Positions 21,950 through 33,600 of a stretch of DNA of 64,000 nucleotides are shown here, piece by piece. Made by a program: the position numbers and the translations under genes. The notes beneath the pieces were generated by a model. That model was not told where the DNA came from. It was given only the letters and a program-made list of their open reading frames with translations, and searched no databases. The stretch's first letter is position 1, and every line of letters starts with the position of its first letter. Origin of the DNA: Cyanophora paradoxa CCMP329 (taxonomy: Eukaryota > Plantae > Glaucophyta); the NCBI GenBank assembly GCA_004431415.1, contig QPMI01000218.1, forward strand, positions 1-64,000. Direction: 5' to 3'.

Positions 21950-24900
21950 CATACAATTATGTCCGCGCGTGCAAGTGGGGATCGGCTGCGCGGTTGCGAG
22001 ACACAGCGGGGCCGAGCTTCAGGGGCGCGCGCCGACGTCCCGGGAGGGCGGCTGCAGCCAGCCCCGCAGGAGGCCCTCCGCGACGTCCGCGAGGCCGCGG
22101 CTCCGGCCGCGGCTCCGGCCGTCTCCACGCCGGCCGCTGACGGGGCCGGCTCCAGCTGCACGGAGCCGCCGAACGTCCGGCCGCCGCCCGCCCGCCCGTC
22201 CTCGAGCTGCTGCAGGGCCTGGCGAAGTGTTAGTGGAGGGGTCGAGACGGGGCGCGCGGGCACGCGAGCCGGGAGGGGGCGGGGCGGGACCTGGAGGGGG
22301 ACGAGGTCCAGCAGCTGCCCGGCGGCCGGCGCGAGGCCGAAGCGCTCCAGGCCGCCGCACCCCCGGGCCCAGCAATCGCTCAAGCAGGCTCAAGCTCTAA
22401 ATCTAGCTTATAATTGTATATATATATATATATATATATCTGCAGAACGCCGCGGTCTTCTGAATCCTCATATGCATCTAGATCCGGGCACGAGATCACG
22501 CGCTAGTTTTGCGCTTCACATGTTTTCGCGCGCTGTACGCATAACGGCATGAGAGAGCATGCATCGGATCGAATATTTCTAGAGCGCGAAATTTGCGAGC
22601 ATCCGCGAAACACGTGCCCCGGGCTTGCATTCAATTGCATGCCCAATTGCAATTGCATGCATGAGCTAGATCGCGATCTAGACTAGATGATCTAGACAAT
22701 ATCTAGACAGGGCCGGGGCGATCGCGAGCGCAAAGTGCAAGTGTAGCAATATAAACTCGTTCAACGGTTCAGCCGACATGAATCACAGGAAACGGGCCTT
22801 CGGACATGAATCTTTGCCACTCCCGCCGCTCGGCCTTGCGAGAGGTCTCGCGAAATCGGTGGCCATGGCGCATATGGCCACGTGCACGTGTTGCAGGTCG
22901 AGGGGCTTCTTCCTGCCGGGGGCTCCCCGATATATACCACAAGTCCGCGGGCAGCCAGTTGTGAAGAAGGCTCCAGGTGCGGTGAAAGTTCGGCATCGTG
23001 GACGAGGTGAAGCTGATGTGGTGCCGAGGCGGCGCCGGCGTCGACGTTGCCCTCGCCAGCTGCTGCAGCGGCTGCGCATGCGCATGCGACGCGGGCCCGC
23101 GGGCAGGTGAGGCTGCAGGCGTGGATTCGAAGGCGTGAGGAGGTCAGGGCGGCGGGCGGGGACCTGGAGGGTGCGAGCGTCCCGTTTCTCGTCGCTGACG
23201 ACACTGAGCGACATGCGCCGCAGGGCTCCGCCGCACTCGAGCAGCGCCCCGACCTCGGCCTCCCTGGATGGACGTTCGAATTTATAATCATAATTATATA
23301 GGGACGAACAGCGATCAAACGCACGTCAAAGGCCGCCGCACGTCCAGGTCAAGAAGATCGATAGTGCGAGCTCGTGAAGCTCGCGAGATCAAATGCGCGA
23401 GAGTTTCTGGGTCGAAAGTCTCCCGGCGGCAGCCTGCGCAAATCTTGGGATAAGTGCTGGTTATGCAAGCTCAATTAATATTGAGTAGATGCATGATTGT
23501 AGCTCATGGTGAATTATTTGAAAGGTGCACCCTCAATGTGCAGATCCAAGCTCAGGGGCGACGCGGCCGCGATTGCGCTGATGGCGTCGGCGAGACCCAG
23601 CAGGCAGCCTCGCGCCCCCTCGACTGTCTCGCAGGCGATGGAAGCCTTGAGCTGGCGCAACTTTTGTGCGCCGCCCAGCGCCGATGCGTCCTCGCGCGAG
23701 ACCGAGGCGACTTTCTCGTCAATCTGCGACATTAATTTGATCCATTTCGCCAACGGCTTCACAAAGCATTCATTAATTGAATGCACTTTGACGTTGACAA
23801 CAGAGCGCAGCTGCGGCATGGAGCCGAATCCACGAAGGTCCTCGCCAGAAACGATCGCTGGCCTGGCCGTGGTTCAACAAGTTAGCCAAAGGGTATCGAT
23901 ATCTTCATATCAAACATGAACATCACCTTTGGTCTCACCTCGAGCTCTTCACCACAAAATTTTGAAGCGATTGGCCGGCGGGGCCAGCCCCGAGTGCCGC
24001 AGGCCCCCCGCGGATATCGAGGCACTCTCGATCTAGCTATAGATCTGGCGGTCGACGTCGCGACCGAGGCTTCACTTTAGATTTTCCAGGTACGTATAAT
24101 TCACGGCAGCAATTTAAAACGTCGAATTAATTTGGTCATTCGTATTTATTTGAGCGAGATTAAACATTCGTTCGTATGCATTAGTTTACCTTCGTCCGTG
24201 TCCGAATCCCCTTGAGCTCTGCATTCCAATCCGAAGTCCAGAGTCACTCGCTCGAGAGAGGCGAGCGGGGCCAAAGCTGCGACGGCCGCTCCGGATCCAC
24301 CGGATATCGACGGAGAGAACAGGACAGAGCGAAGCAGCGGGCAACACCGGGCGACGGCTGCCACCGCGGGACCGCTGAACCGGCACAGGCCGTCTGCAGC
24401 TGCAGGGGACGAGGGAAAGAGGGAGAGCGACCGCAGGAGGCGGAAGGGGGAGAAGGACGGGAGGAGCTCCCAAGATGAATACTCTATGTATCTTCCAAAA
24501 GCCCAAACATCGACTGTGAAATCTTCGAGGGGCGGCCACGAGTCGGGGCTGGCGTCGGGGCGAGTCGCTGCGATGGCGGCCGCGGCGAGCGTCTCCGAGA
24601 CGAGCCCGGAAACGGCGAATTTGGGGAGCCGCACTCCGAACGCCCTGAAAGAGGAAGAATCCACAGAGAGATAGAGATTGACAATACGTATACGTATACC
24701 GGCACTGGATCCGGAGGATGCTGCACCGGAGCTAGCTGTAGCTCTCTGCTGGCCATGGGCACGAGCGCTCGAGACGTCAGTGGGCCCCCCGACAGCTGCA
24801 GCTGCTTGTGTGCACTGCAACTGCAGTTGGCCGACGAACGCTTTGGATGCGGCGAGGAACTCGGATGCTCGAGCGTGCGCGTACTGGGTCCGGAGCTGCA

Positions 24901-25840
24901 GGAGATGCTGATTCCGACGCCGACGGACAGTTTTGATCTGGTCCTCGAGGGGAACAGCGGGGTCCGGGATGGTCATCGTGAGCTGCAGGATGACCGAGAG
25001 GCGTCGTGCGAGGCGGATGCGCCCGGACTGGATGCGCCACGCCAGCTCCCTCAAGCCCCAGGGGTCCTGCACCTCGACGAAGAGGAGCTCCCAAACCGCG
25101 CCGTCGAAGGCGCGGCGCCACTGGCGGCAGACGGCGCGCAGCTCCAGCGCCTCCAGGGCGCCGACGAGGGCGAGCACGCGCGCCACCACCGCATCCGGCA
25201 GCGCTGAGAACGGGTCGTCTTTCCGCGTCTGATCGTGATCGATGTCGACGCCGCTGCGAGCCACGGTGAGCTCGCGGAACCCGCACGCGAAATTATTTCG
25301 CGACAGCGGAAACCGCAATTCAATCGTTATTATAATTTACAAGTGAGAAATTAAGCGCACGAGCTTGATGATCTCACGCCACTCGGCGCTTGCATTTGCG
25401 CAGTTGTAGCGACGTCCTCGAGCGTGTGATCGTACTCATCATCATGATCAGCTGACTCTTCCTCGTCGTTTAAAGTTTTGCTCTTCCCGGAGTCCCCGTC
25501 GTGATTGATACAGGCGGTGCTGCAGTCAAATCAATGTAAGCACGCAGATTGCAATTGGAAAAATTTGCAACGCACGAGCTCGAGCTCGCGTCGCGTTTTC
25601 GAACGAGCTTGGCACCATTGACGTCGCAAGCTCCCGCTTCCGCTTTTTGCGGAACTGGCTGCTTCTGCTGCGAATTCGAATTCGAAGGATGAGCTCAATC
25701 TGACGCGGTGAACGCGTACGCGGACTCGGGGCGCACGAGGACTTCGACTCCCCGCTTAAGCTTGCATTTGCAGACGCCGCAGTGCGAGCCGTCTGGGCGC
25801 GCGTCGCAGCGATGATGCGCGCCAATTTTGCGCTGTACAT
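21950..25840 (-). CDS. F-box protein with a degenerate LRR-like C-terminal region (ends uncertain)
   Basis: F-box DPFSALPDAVVARVLALVGALEALELRAVCRQWR at ~25110-25220. LRR-like FRLLRSLSL, CPLLRSVLF, LASLERVTL and MPQLRSV occur in downstream exons. Confidence 0.65.
22417..22439. repeat. (TA)n microsatellite
   Basis: Uninterrupted TATATA run. Confidence 0.9.
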
Positions 25841-26034
25841 GTTTTTTTGCGCGCTGCGAGCGATGGGTGAGCATATATATGCATATGCATGCTGAGCGCG
25901 AAATTTGCGAGCATCCGCGCGCGAACCACGGGGCCCGGCTACAGCTCTGCCTGCACGCCGCGCGCGGCGCAAGCTTTAAATTTAGAATATCTAGCAAGCA
26001 CGGAATAAACGTCCGGGTACGTCCGCGCTCTCCC

Positions 26035-26390
26035 CTGTATATATAGCTATAGCTAGCCTAGTATAGTATCTATATAGCTTAAAGTGTCGGCGCTCCTCTA
26101 GATCTAGCTATAGCTTGGGCTTCCTAGCTAGGCCTCGAATAATGAGTCCGACGGTCGAATTCGAATCGACTCGAGCTCGCGATATATATAGCGATCGATC
26201 GATCGAGCTCCGGCCGGCCGGCCCTTAATTATATAAAATACAATTATATGCTTCGAATTCACGATCATTTTATTTTCTCTTCCTAGGCCGGCCGGCGGTC
26301 GGCTCCTAGCTATAGGCCTCTATAGATCCCCGCGAAATTTAATAATCCTCGTTATGCTCGATCGATATCATTAATTATATAAAATATTAA
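26035..26390. repeat. Low-complexity intergenic tract built from short palindromes
   Basis: TATAGCTATAGCTAG, GATCGATCGATCGA, CCGGCCGGCCGG, GAATTCGAAT, CTCGAGCTCG. Confidence 0.6.
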
Positions 26391-26446
26391 GTCCTCCGAG
26401 CCCGCACTCCGCCCCTACCCATCCTTCAAATTTCCCCATCCGCGAT

Positions 26447-27108
26447 CACTAGTAAAAGGGGGGTCGCCGGAGCCTGTTGATTTAAATCAGTGAGCCGTCA
26501 GCCTGACTCCAGCCTGATTGCTAGATTGCCGACTTGCGGCCCAAAATCGAGCCTTGGGACGGAAGCCGGCCGCGGCGGCCGCCGGGGCGGCCCGGGCGCT
26601 GCGCATGGCCGCCGACGAGCCTAACTGTAGTATCTGGTTTAGTTTCAATCCTTGGACGTTCAGTGTGTTTAGTGTTTAGGTTTCAGTCTTTGAACGTTTA
26701 GTGCGTTTTAGTGCGAGGTAGAATTCGAACACGTTTAGATGTAAAATGAAAGTTCCGATTCTTCTACATGTGCTGGCGCGATGCTGGCCATGGGGGCGGG
26801 GCGGGGGTATACGTAGCAATGCAAGCCTGGTTCAGCCTGATGTAAGCCTGATTCAAGCCTGATCATGATGTTCAAGCCTGATTGAAGCCTGACTAGAGCC
26901 TGATTCAAGCCTCATTCAGCCTGATTCAAGCCTTTTTCAGCCTGTTTCAAATCAGGCTCATGATCAGTCGACATCCCGGATCGGAGTCCTCCTCAGGGCC
27001 TAAATAAGGCTGAGCCTGATTCAAGTTTTGCCAAGCCTGTCTCCGCCTGATTCAAGCTTGCTTTCAATCAGGCTGAAAATGGCTCCGGCGACCCCCCCCT
27101 TACTAGTG
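26447..27108. mobile_element. Non-autonomous CACTA (En/Spm) DNA transposon, 662 bp
   Basis: 28-bp TIRs CACTAGTAAAAGGGGGGTCGCCGGAGCC / GGCTCCGGCGACCCCCCCCTTACTAGTG (26/28 match). 3-bp TSD GAT at 26444-26446 and 27109-27111. Many subterminal AGCCTGATTCA-like repeats in both orientations. No ORF. Confidence 0.93.
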
Positions 27109-27660
27109 GATTGCAGGGTGTCTTCGATTCCGTCCGGCCCATGGCCAGCTAAGGCTGCCGTCGGATCCAGAGCGATAATCGTTCATTAGTTCACGCCCCC
27201 TTAACTTGTAAGGAACTAGAGTGAGTTGCCTGGGCGTGTACGTGCATTCGTTGCGCATGCATCCATCTCTCTCCATCCCTCTCGCATCCATCAATGTCCT
27301 TTCAAGTTTGCATCCATCTCTCCACGATTTGTGACTTTTAGATCTGATCATGATCCTTTAATTTATTTCTGCAGGTCACAGGTACGTATACCCGCGCGGC
27401 GGCCGGTTGCGAGCGAGGTGGGAGAGACTGTTCGTGCACGGTGCACGTGCACTGCACGTCATCGCGCAGTGCGGCGTACTACTAGTGTCTACTACTACGG
27501 TGCGCGTGGCCATGGGGTCGGGCTAGCACTATAGACCGTGATCGTGGCTGGGACAGACATTATTTAATTTGATTCGCGAAAACCTACGGCTAGTTTCGAT
27601 CTTCGATTCGCCTCAACATAGCTTACATAGTTTATCGTTCACGGGTTATTTGCCCTATAT

Positions 27661-30600
27661 CTAGCTCTGGAGCATGGCAGCGATCATGCAGAGGATACAG
27701 ACGGCGTTCAGAGAATGCGAGGCGGGTCCTGGGGTGCCGCTCGCGGACATTGGCACGACCGACAGCTGCACTGCCTTCCCCGACGGCAGGTTCTGGCACT
27801 TGAACGAGGTCTGGGTGCCGGGCACGGTTGCGATGGGGAGCCCGCCCTGCAGGACGGCGTACGTGGCGGGCGCGCCGGTCGCCGGGTGCTTCCACGTGAG
27901 CGTGCCCGTCGTGGTGCCGAAGGGCGGGCTCTCCACGTCCGCGAGCTCGAGGTCCGCCGGCGCCCCCGGGCCCGGGGCCCCCGGGGCCCGCGCCGCCGTC
28001 GTGGCGGCCGGCGCCGAGCCCGAGCGCGCGGGCGCCCCCCGACCGGTGCTGAGGAGCGGAAGGGCCAGGCTGGCGCTGCTCGGGGCGCGCTGCGGGCCCG
28101 GCCCGGCGGACTTGGACCGCACGGGCATCACCTCGAGAACCGCCCCCGGGGGCAGCCCCGTCGCCGTGTACGAGTTCTTGCCGCTGGCAGACGGGGGCAC
28201 GACCGCCGCCTGCTGCCCGTTGACGAGAACAGCGTAGCTGCGCGAAGGCCAGTCGGGTATCGATACCGGTGATTGACACACAGAAGCAGTACTTCAATTC
28301 ATAAGCGTAAATTGAAGCCATTTAATATTGCAACGAACCCGCTGATGTCGGCCTGCTGGGTCTTCGCAGGGGCATCCCAGGTGAGCTCTGCCGCCGACGC
28401 GTCGGGGGCGATGGGCGTCGCAGCCATGCTGAACGCGCCGCTCCGAGGCAGCGAGGATCCGGGGCTGGACGACACGAGGAGGGGGAACGAAGGCGTGCCG
28501 GCGGCGCCTCCGGCAGACATGGGGACAACGACGAAACTGGACGCTGACCCGTCACCCGCCCCTCCAGCACTGGCCGCGGACTGCGGCGGCCGGGCGGGGA
28601 TGTTGAAGGACGTCTGGGAACGAGGGACCGCGCCCACAACCCGGCCGTTCTGCATGACAGTGTACGATGCCGCGGGGCCCGCCGCGGGATGCTTCCACGA
28701 CAGCGTTCCGGAGGAGGGCGACGCGTGAGTGGCGGTGAGGCAAAGGCCGGAGGGCGCTTGCGGGCTCGGGGCCGCCCCTGCGAAACTGGCACCGCTGGAC
28801 GGAGTAACGGGGACTTGCGGGCTGGCCGGGCCGCTCGGCGCGCCCGACGGCGAGAGCGGCACCACCGAGAAGGCCGCGGGGGCGTTCGGCTGCAGGCCCG
28901 TCGCAGTGAAGGTGTTCGTGTCGGCGCCCGTCGCGGGCACGGTCGCGATCTGCTGGCCGTTCTTGAGGACAGCGAACCTGAAGGCGCGCACGCAGCCCGC
29001 TCAATCAGCATAGCCGCCGCAGAAATGGAAGCGAAAGCATTGCGCGGAGCCCGCGCTACGCACTGCGAGGTGGGGCCAGCGCCGCCCTGCGGCCGGTTCC
29101 ACGCGAGGCGAGCGCTCGACGCCGAGGCCGGCGTCGCCGTCAGCGTGATGCCCGCACCAGGGCTCGACGGGACGCCCACAGAGAGCGGGGCCGAGGCCGT
29201 GCCCGGCGCGCCGCCCGGTCCCATCGGGACGACGCTGAGCGTCGCCACGCCGTCGCGCGGCAGGTCCGAGACGCTAGTCGAGGTGCTGCTGCCTGGAACG
29301 GTGTCGACGGGGCGCCGTCCTTCATGATCTGGTAGCTCTGCGGGGCGCCCGTCGCCGGGTGGTTCCACGAGAGGGTGCCCGAGGTGCCGCCCAGGAGGCC
29401 CGTCGAGACGTTCGTGAGCTGCACGTTGGACGGAGCAGAAAGGGCGCCCGCGCCCGGCGAGCCCGCGCCGCCGAGGCCGCTCGCCGGCGTCACTGGCACC
29501 TGCACGCTGGCGGGCCGGACGGGGAGCCCGACGGCGAGAGCGGCACAACCGAGAAGACGGCCGGCACGCCGGGCTGCAGGCCCGTCGCCACGAACGAGTT
29601 CGTCTCGCCGGTCGCCGGCACCGTCGCGACCGGCTGGCCGTTCTGGAGGACGGAGTACGACGCCCTGCGCGAAACACGCTTCCGCGTCAGACTCGCGCCG
29701 CGAAACACTCGCCCACGCCCCGGGGCGGGGCGGGCGGCAGGGCGGGGCACGCACGGGGCGCCGGCGCCGCCCTGCGGGCGGTTCCACGCGAGCTTGGCGC
29801 TGGAGGCCGAGGCCGGCGTGGCCGTGAGGACGAGCCCGGAGCCCGGGTTCGACGGGATGCCCGCGGCAAGGGACGGCGACGGAGTGCCCGCAGCGCCACC
29901 GGGCTGATGGGCACGACGCTGAGGTTCGCCACGCCGCCGCGCGGCAGGTCGGAGACGGTTGCGGATGTCTTGCTGCCCGGGACGGTGCCGACGGAAACGC
30001 CGTCCTTCACGATCTGGTAGCTCTGCGGGGCGCCCGTCGCCGGCGGGCTCCACGAGAGGGTGCCCGAGGCGCTGCTTCCGCCCGAGGGCGACACGCTCGT
30101 GAGCTGCAGGTTCGAGGGGGCGGAGGGCGAGGAGGCGCCGGGCCCGAAGCCCGCGCCGCCGGCCCCCGCGTACGGCGTGACGGGGACTTGCGGGCTGGCC
30201 GGGCCGCTCGGCGCGCCCGACGGCGAGAGCGGCACCACCGAGAAGGCCGCGGGGGCGTTCGGCTGCAGGCCCGTCGCAGTGAAGGTGTTCGTGTCGGCGC
30301 CCGTCGCGGGCACGGTCGCGATCTGCTGGCCGTTCTTGAGGACAGCGAACCTGAAGGCGCGCACGCAGCCCGCTCAATCAGCATAGCCGCCGCAGAAATG
30401 GAAGCGAAAGCATTGCGCGGAGCCCGCGCTACGCACTGCGAGGTGGGGCCAGCGCCGCCCTGCGGCCGGTTCCACGCGAGGCGAGCGCTCGACGCCGAGG
30501 CCGGCGTCGCCGTCAGCGTGATGCCCGCACCAGGGCTCGACGGGACGCCCACAGAGAGCGGGGCCGAGGCCGTGCCCGGCGCGCCGCCGGTCCCATCGGG

Positions 30601-33600
30601 ACGACGCTGAGCGTCGCCACGCCGTCGCGCGGCAGGTCCGAGACGCTAGTCGAGGTGCTGCTGCCTGGAACGGTGTCGACGGGGGCGCCGTCCTTCATGA
30701 TCTGGTAGCTCTGCGGGGCGCCCGTCGCCGGGTGGTTCACGAGAGGGTGCCCGAGGTGCCGCCCAGGAGGCCCGTCGAGACGTTCGTGAGCTGCACGTTG
30801 GACGGAGCAGAAAGGGCGCCCGCGCCCGGCGAGCCCGCGCCGCCGAGGCCGCTCGCCGGCGTCACTGGCACCTGCACGCTGGCGGGGCCGGACGGGGAGC
30901 CCGACGGCGAGAGCGGCACAACCGAGAAGACGGCCGGCACGCCGGGCTGCAGGCCCGTCGCCACGAACGAGTTCGTCTCGCCGGTCGCCGGCACCGTCGC
31001 GACCGGCTGGCCGTTCTGGAGGACGGAGTACGACGCCCTGCGCGAAACACGCTTCCGCGTCAGACTCGCGCCGCGAAACACTCGCCCACGCCCCGGGGGC
31101 GGGGCGGGCGGGCAGGGCGGGGCACGCACGGGGCGCCGGCGCCGCCCTGCGGGCGGTTCCACGCGAGCTTGGCGCTGGAGGCCGAGGCCGGCGTGGCCGT
31201 GAGGACGAGCCCGGAGCCCGGGTTCGACGGGATGCCCGCGGCAAGGGACGGCGACGGAGTGCCCGCAGCGCCACCGGGGCTGATGGGCACGACGCTGAGG
31301 TTCGCCACGCCGCCGCGCGGCAGGTCGGAGACGGTTGCGGATGTCTTGCTGCCCGGGACGGTGCCGACGGAAACGCCGTCCTTCACGATCTGGTAGCTCT
31401 GCGGGGCGCCCGTCGCCGGCGGGCTCCACGAGAGGGTGCCCGAGGCGCTGCTTCCGCCCGAGGGCGACACGCTCGTGAGCTGCAGGTTCGAGGGGGCGGA
31501 GGGCGAGGAGGCGCCGGGCCCGAAGCCCGCGCCGCCGGCCCCGCGTACGGCGTGACGGGGACTTGCGGGCTGGCCGGGCCGCTCGGCGCGCCCGACGGCG
31601 AGAGCGGCACCACCGAGAAGGCCGCGGGGGCGTTCGGCTGCAGGCCCGTCGCAGTGAAGGTGTTCGTGTCGGCGCCCGTCGCGGGCACGGTCGCGATCTG
31701 CTGGCCGTTCTTGAGGACAGCGAACCTGAAGGCGCGCACGCAGCCCGCTCAATCAGCATAGCCGCCGCAGAAATGGAAGCGAAAGCATTGCGCGGAGCCC
31801 GCGCTACGCACTGCGAGGTGGGGCCAGCGCCGCCCTGCGGCCGGTTCCACGCGAGGCGAGCGCTCGACGCCGAGGCCGGCGTCGCCGTCAGCGTGATGCC
31901 CGCACCAGGGCTCGACGGGACGCCCACAGAGAGCGGGGCCGAGGCCGTGCCCGGCGCGCCGCCCGGTCCCATCGGGACGACGCTGAGCGTCGCCACGCCG
32001 TCGCGCGGCAGGTCCGAGACGCTAGTCGAGGTGCTGCTGCCTGGAACGGTGTCGACGGGGGCGCCGTCCTTCATGATCTGGTAGCTCTGCGGGGCGCCCG
32101 TCGCCGGGTGGTTCCACGAGAGGGTGCCCGAGGTGCCGCCCAGGAGGCCCGTCGAGACGTTCGTGAGCTGCACGTTGGACGGAGCAGAAAGGGCGCCCGC
32201 GCCCGGCGAGCCCGCGCCGCCGAGGCCGCTCGCCGGCGTCACTGGCACCTGCACGCTGGCGGGGCCGGACGGGGAGCCCGACGGCGAGAGCGGCACAACC
32301 GAGAAGACGGCCGGCACGCCGGGCTGCAGGCCCGTCGCCACGAACGAGTTCGTCTCGCCGGTCGCCGGCACCGTCGCGACCGGCTGGCCGTTCTGGAGGA
32401 CGGAGTACGACGCCCTGCGCGAAACACGCTTCCGCGTCAGACTCGCGCCGCGAAACACTCGCCCACGCCCCGGGGGCGGGGCGGGCGGGCAGGGCCGGGC
32501 ACGCACGGGGCGCCGGCGCCGCCCTGCGGGCGGTTCCACGCGAGCTTGGCGCTGGAGGCCGAGGCCGGCGTGGCCGTGAGGACGAGCCCGGAGCCCGGGT
32601 TCGACGGGATGCCCGCGGCAAGGGACGGCGACGGAGTGCCCGCAGCGCCACCGGGGCTGATGGGCACGACGCTGAGGTTCGCCACGCCGCCGCGCGGCAG
32701 GTCGGAGACGGTTGCGGATGTCTTGCTGCCCGGGACGGTGCCGACGGAAACGCCGTCCTTCACGATCTGGTAGCTCTGCGGGGCGCCCGTCGCCGGCGGG
32801 CTCCACGAGAGGGTGCCCGAGGCGCTGCTTCCGCCCGAGGGCGACACGCTCGTGAGCTGCAGGTTCGAGGGGGCGGAGGGCGAGGAGGCGCCGGGCCCGA
32901 AGCCCGCGCCGCCGGCCCCCGCGTACGGCGTGACGGGGACTTGCGGGCTGGCCGGGCCGCTCGGCGCGCCCGACGGCGAGAGCGGCACCACCGAGAAGGC
33001 CGCGGGGGCGTTCGGCTGCAGGCCCGTCGCAGTGAAGGTGTTCGTGTCGGCGCCCGTCGCGGGCACGGTCGCGATCTGCTGGCCGTTCTTGAGGACAGCG
33101 AACCTGAAGGCGCGCACGCAGCCCGCTCAATCAGCATAGCCGCCGCAGAAATGGAAGCGAAAGCATTGCGCGGAGCCCGCGCTACGCACTGCGAGGTGGG
33201 GCCAGCGCCGCCCTGCGGCCGGTTCCACGCGAGGCGAGCGCTCGACGCCGAGGCCGGCGTCGCCGTCAGCGTGATGCCCGCACCAGGGCTCGACGGGACG
33301 CCCACAGAGAGCGGGGCCGAGGCCGTGCCCGGCGCGCCGCCCGGTCCCATCGGGACGACGCTGAGCGTCGCCACGCCGTCGCGCGGCAGGTCCGAGACGC
33401 TAGTCGAGGTGCTGCTGCCTGGAACGGTGTCGACGGGGCGCCGTCCTTCATGATCTGGTAGCTCTGCGGGCGCCCGTCGCCGGGTGGTTCCACGAGAGGG
33501 TGCCCGAGGTGCCGCCAGGAGGCCCGTCGAGACGTTCGTGAGCTGCACGTTGGACGGAGCAGAAAGGGCGCCCGCGCCCGGCGAGCCCGCGCCGCCGAGG

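Noticed and set aside
3660-22552. Numerous long Arg/Pro/Gly/Ala-rich ORFs in the track (e.g. 3929-6238, 17807-21412)
   Set aside because: These are shadow frames caused by extreme GC and scarce stop codons; the real genes are spliced and identified by conserved motifs.
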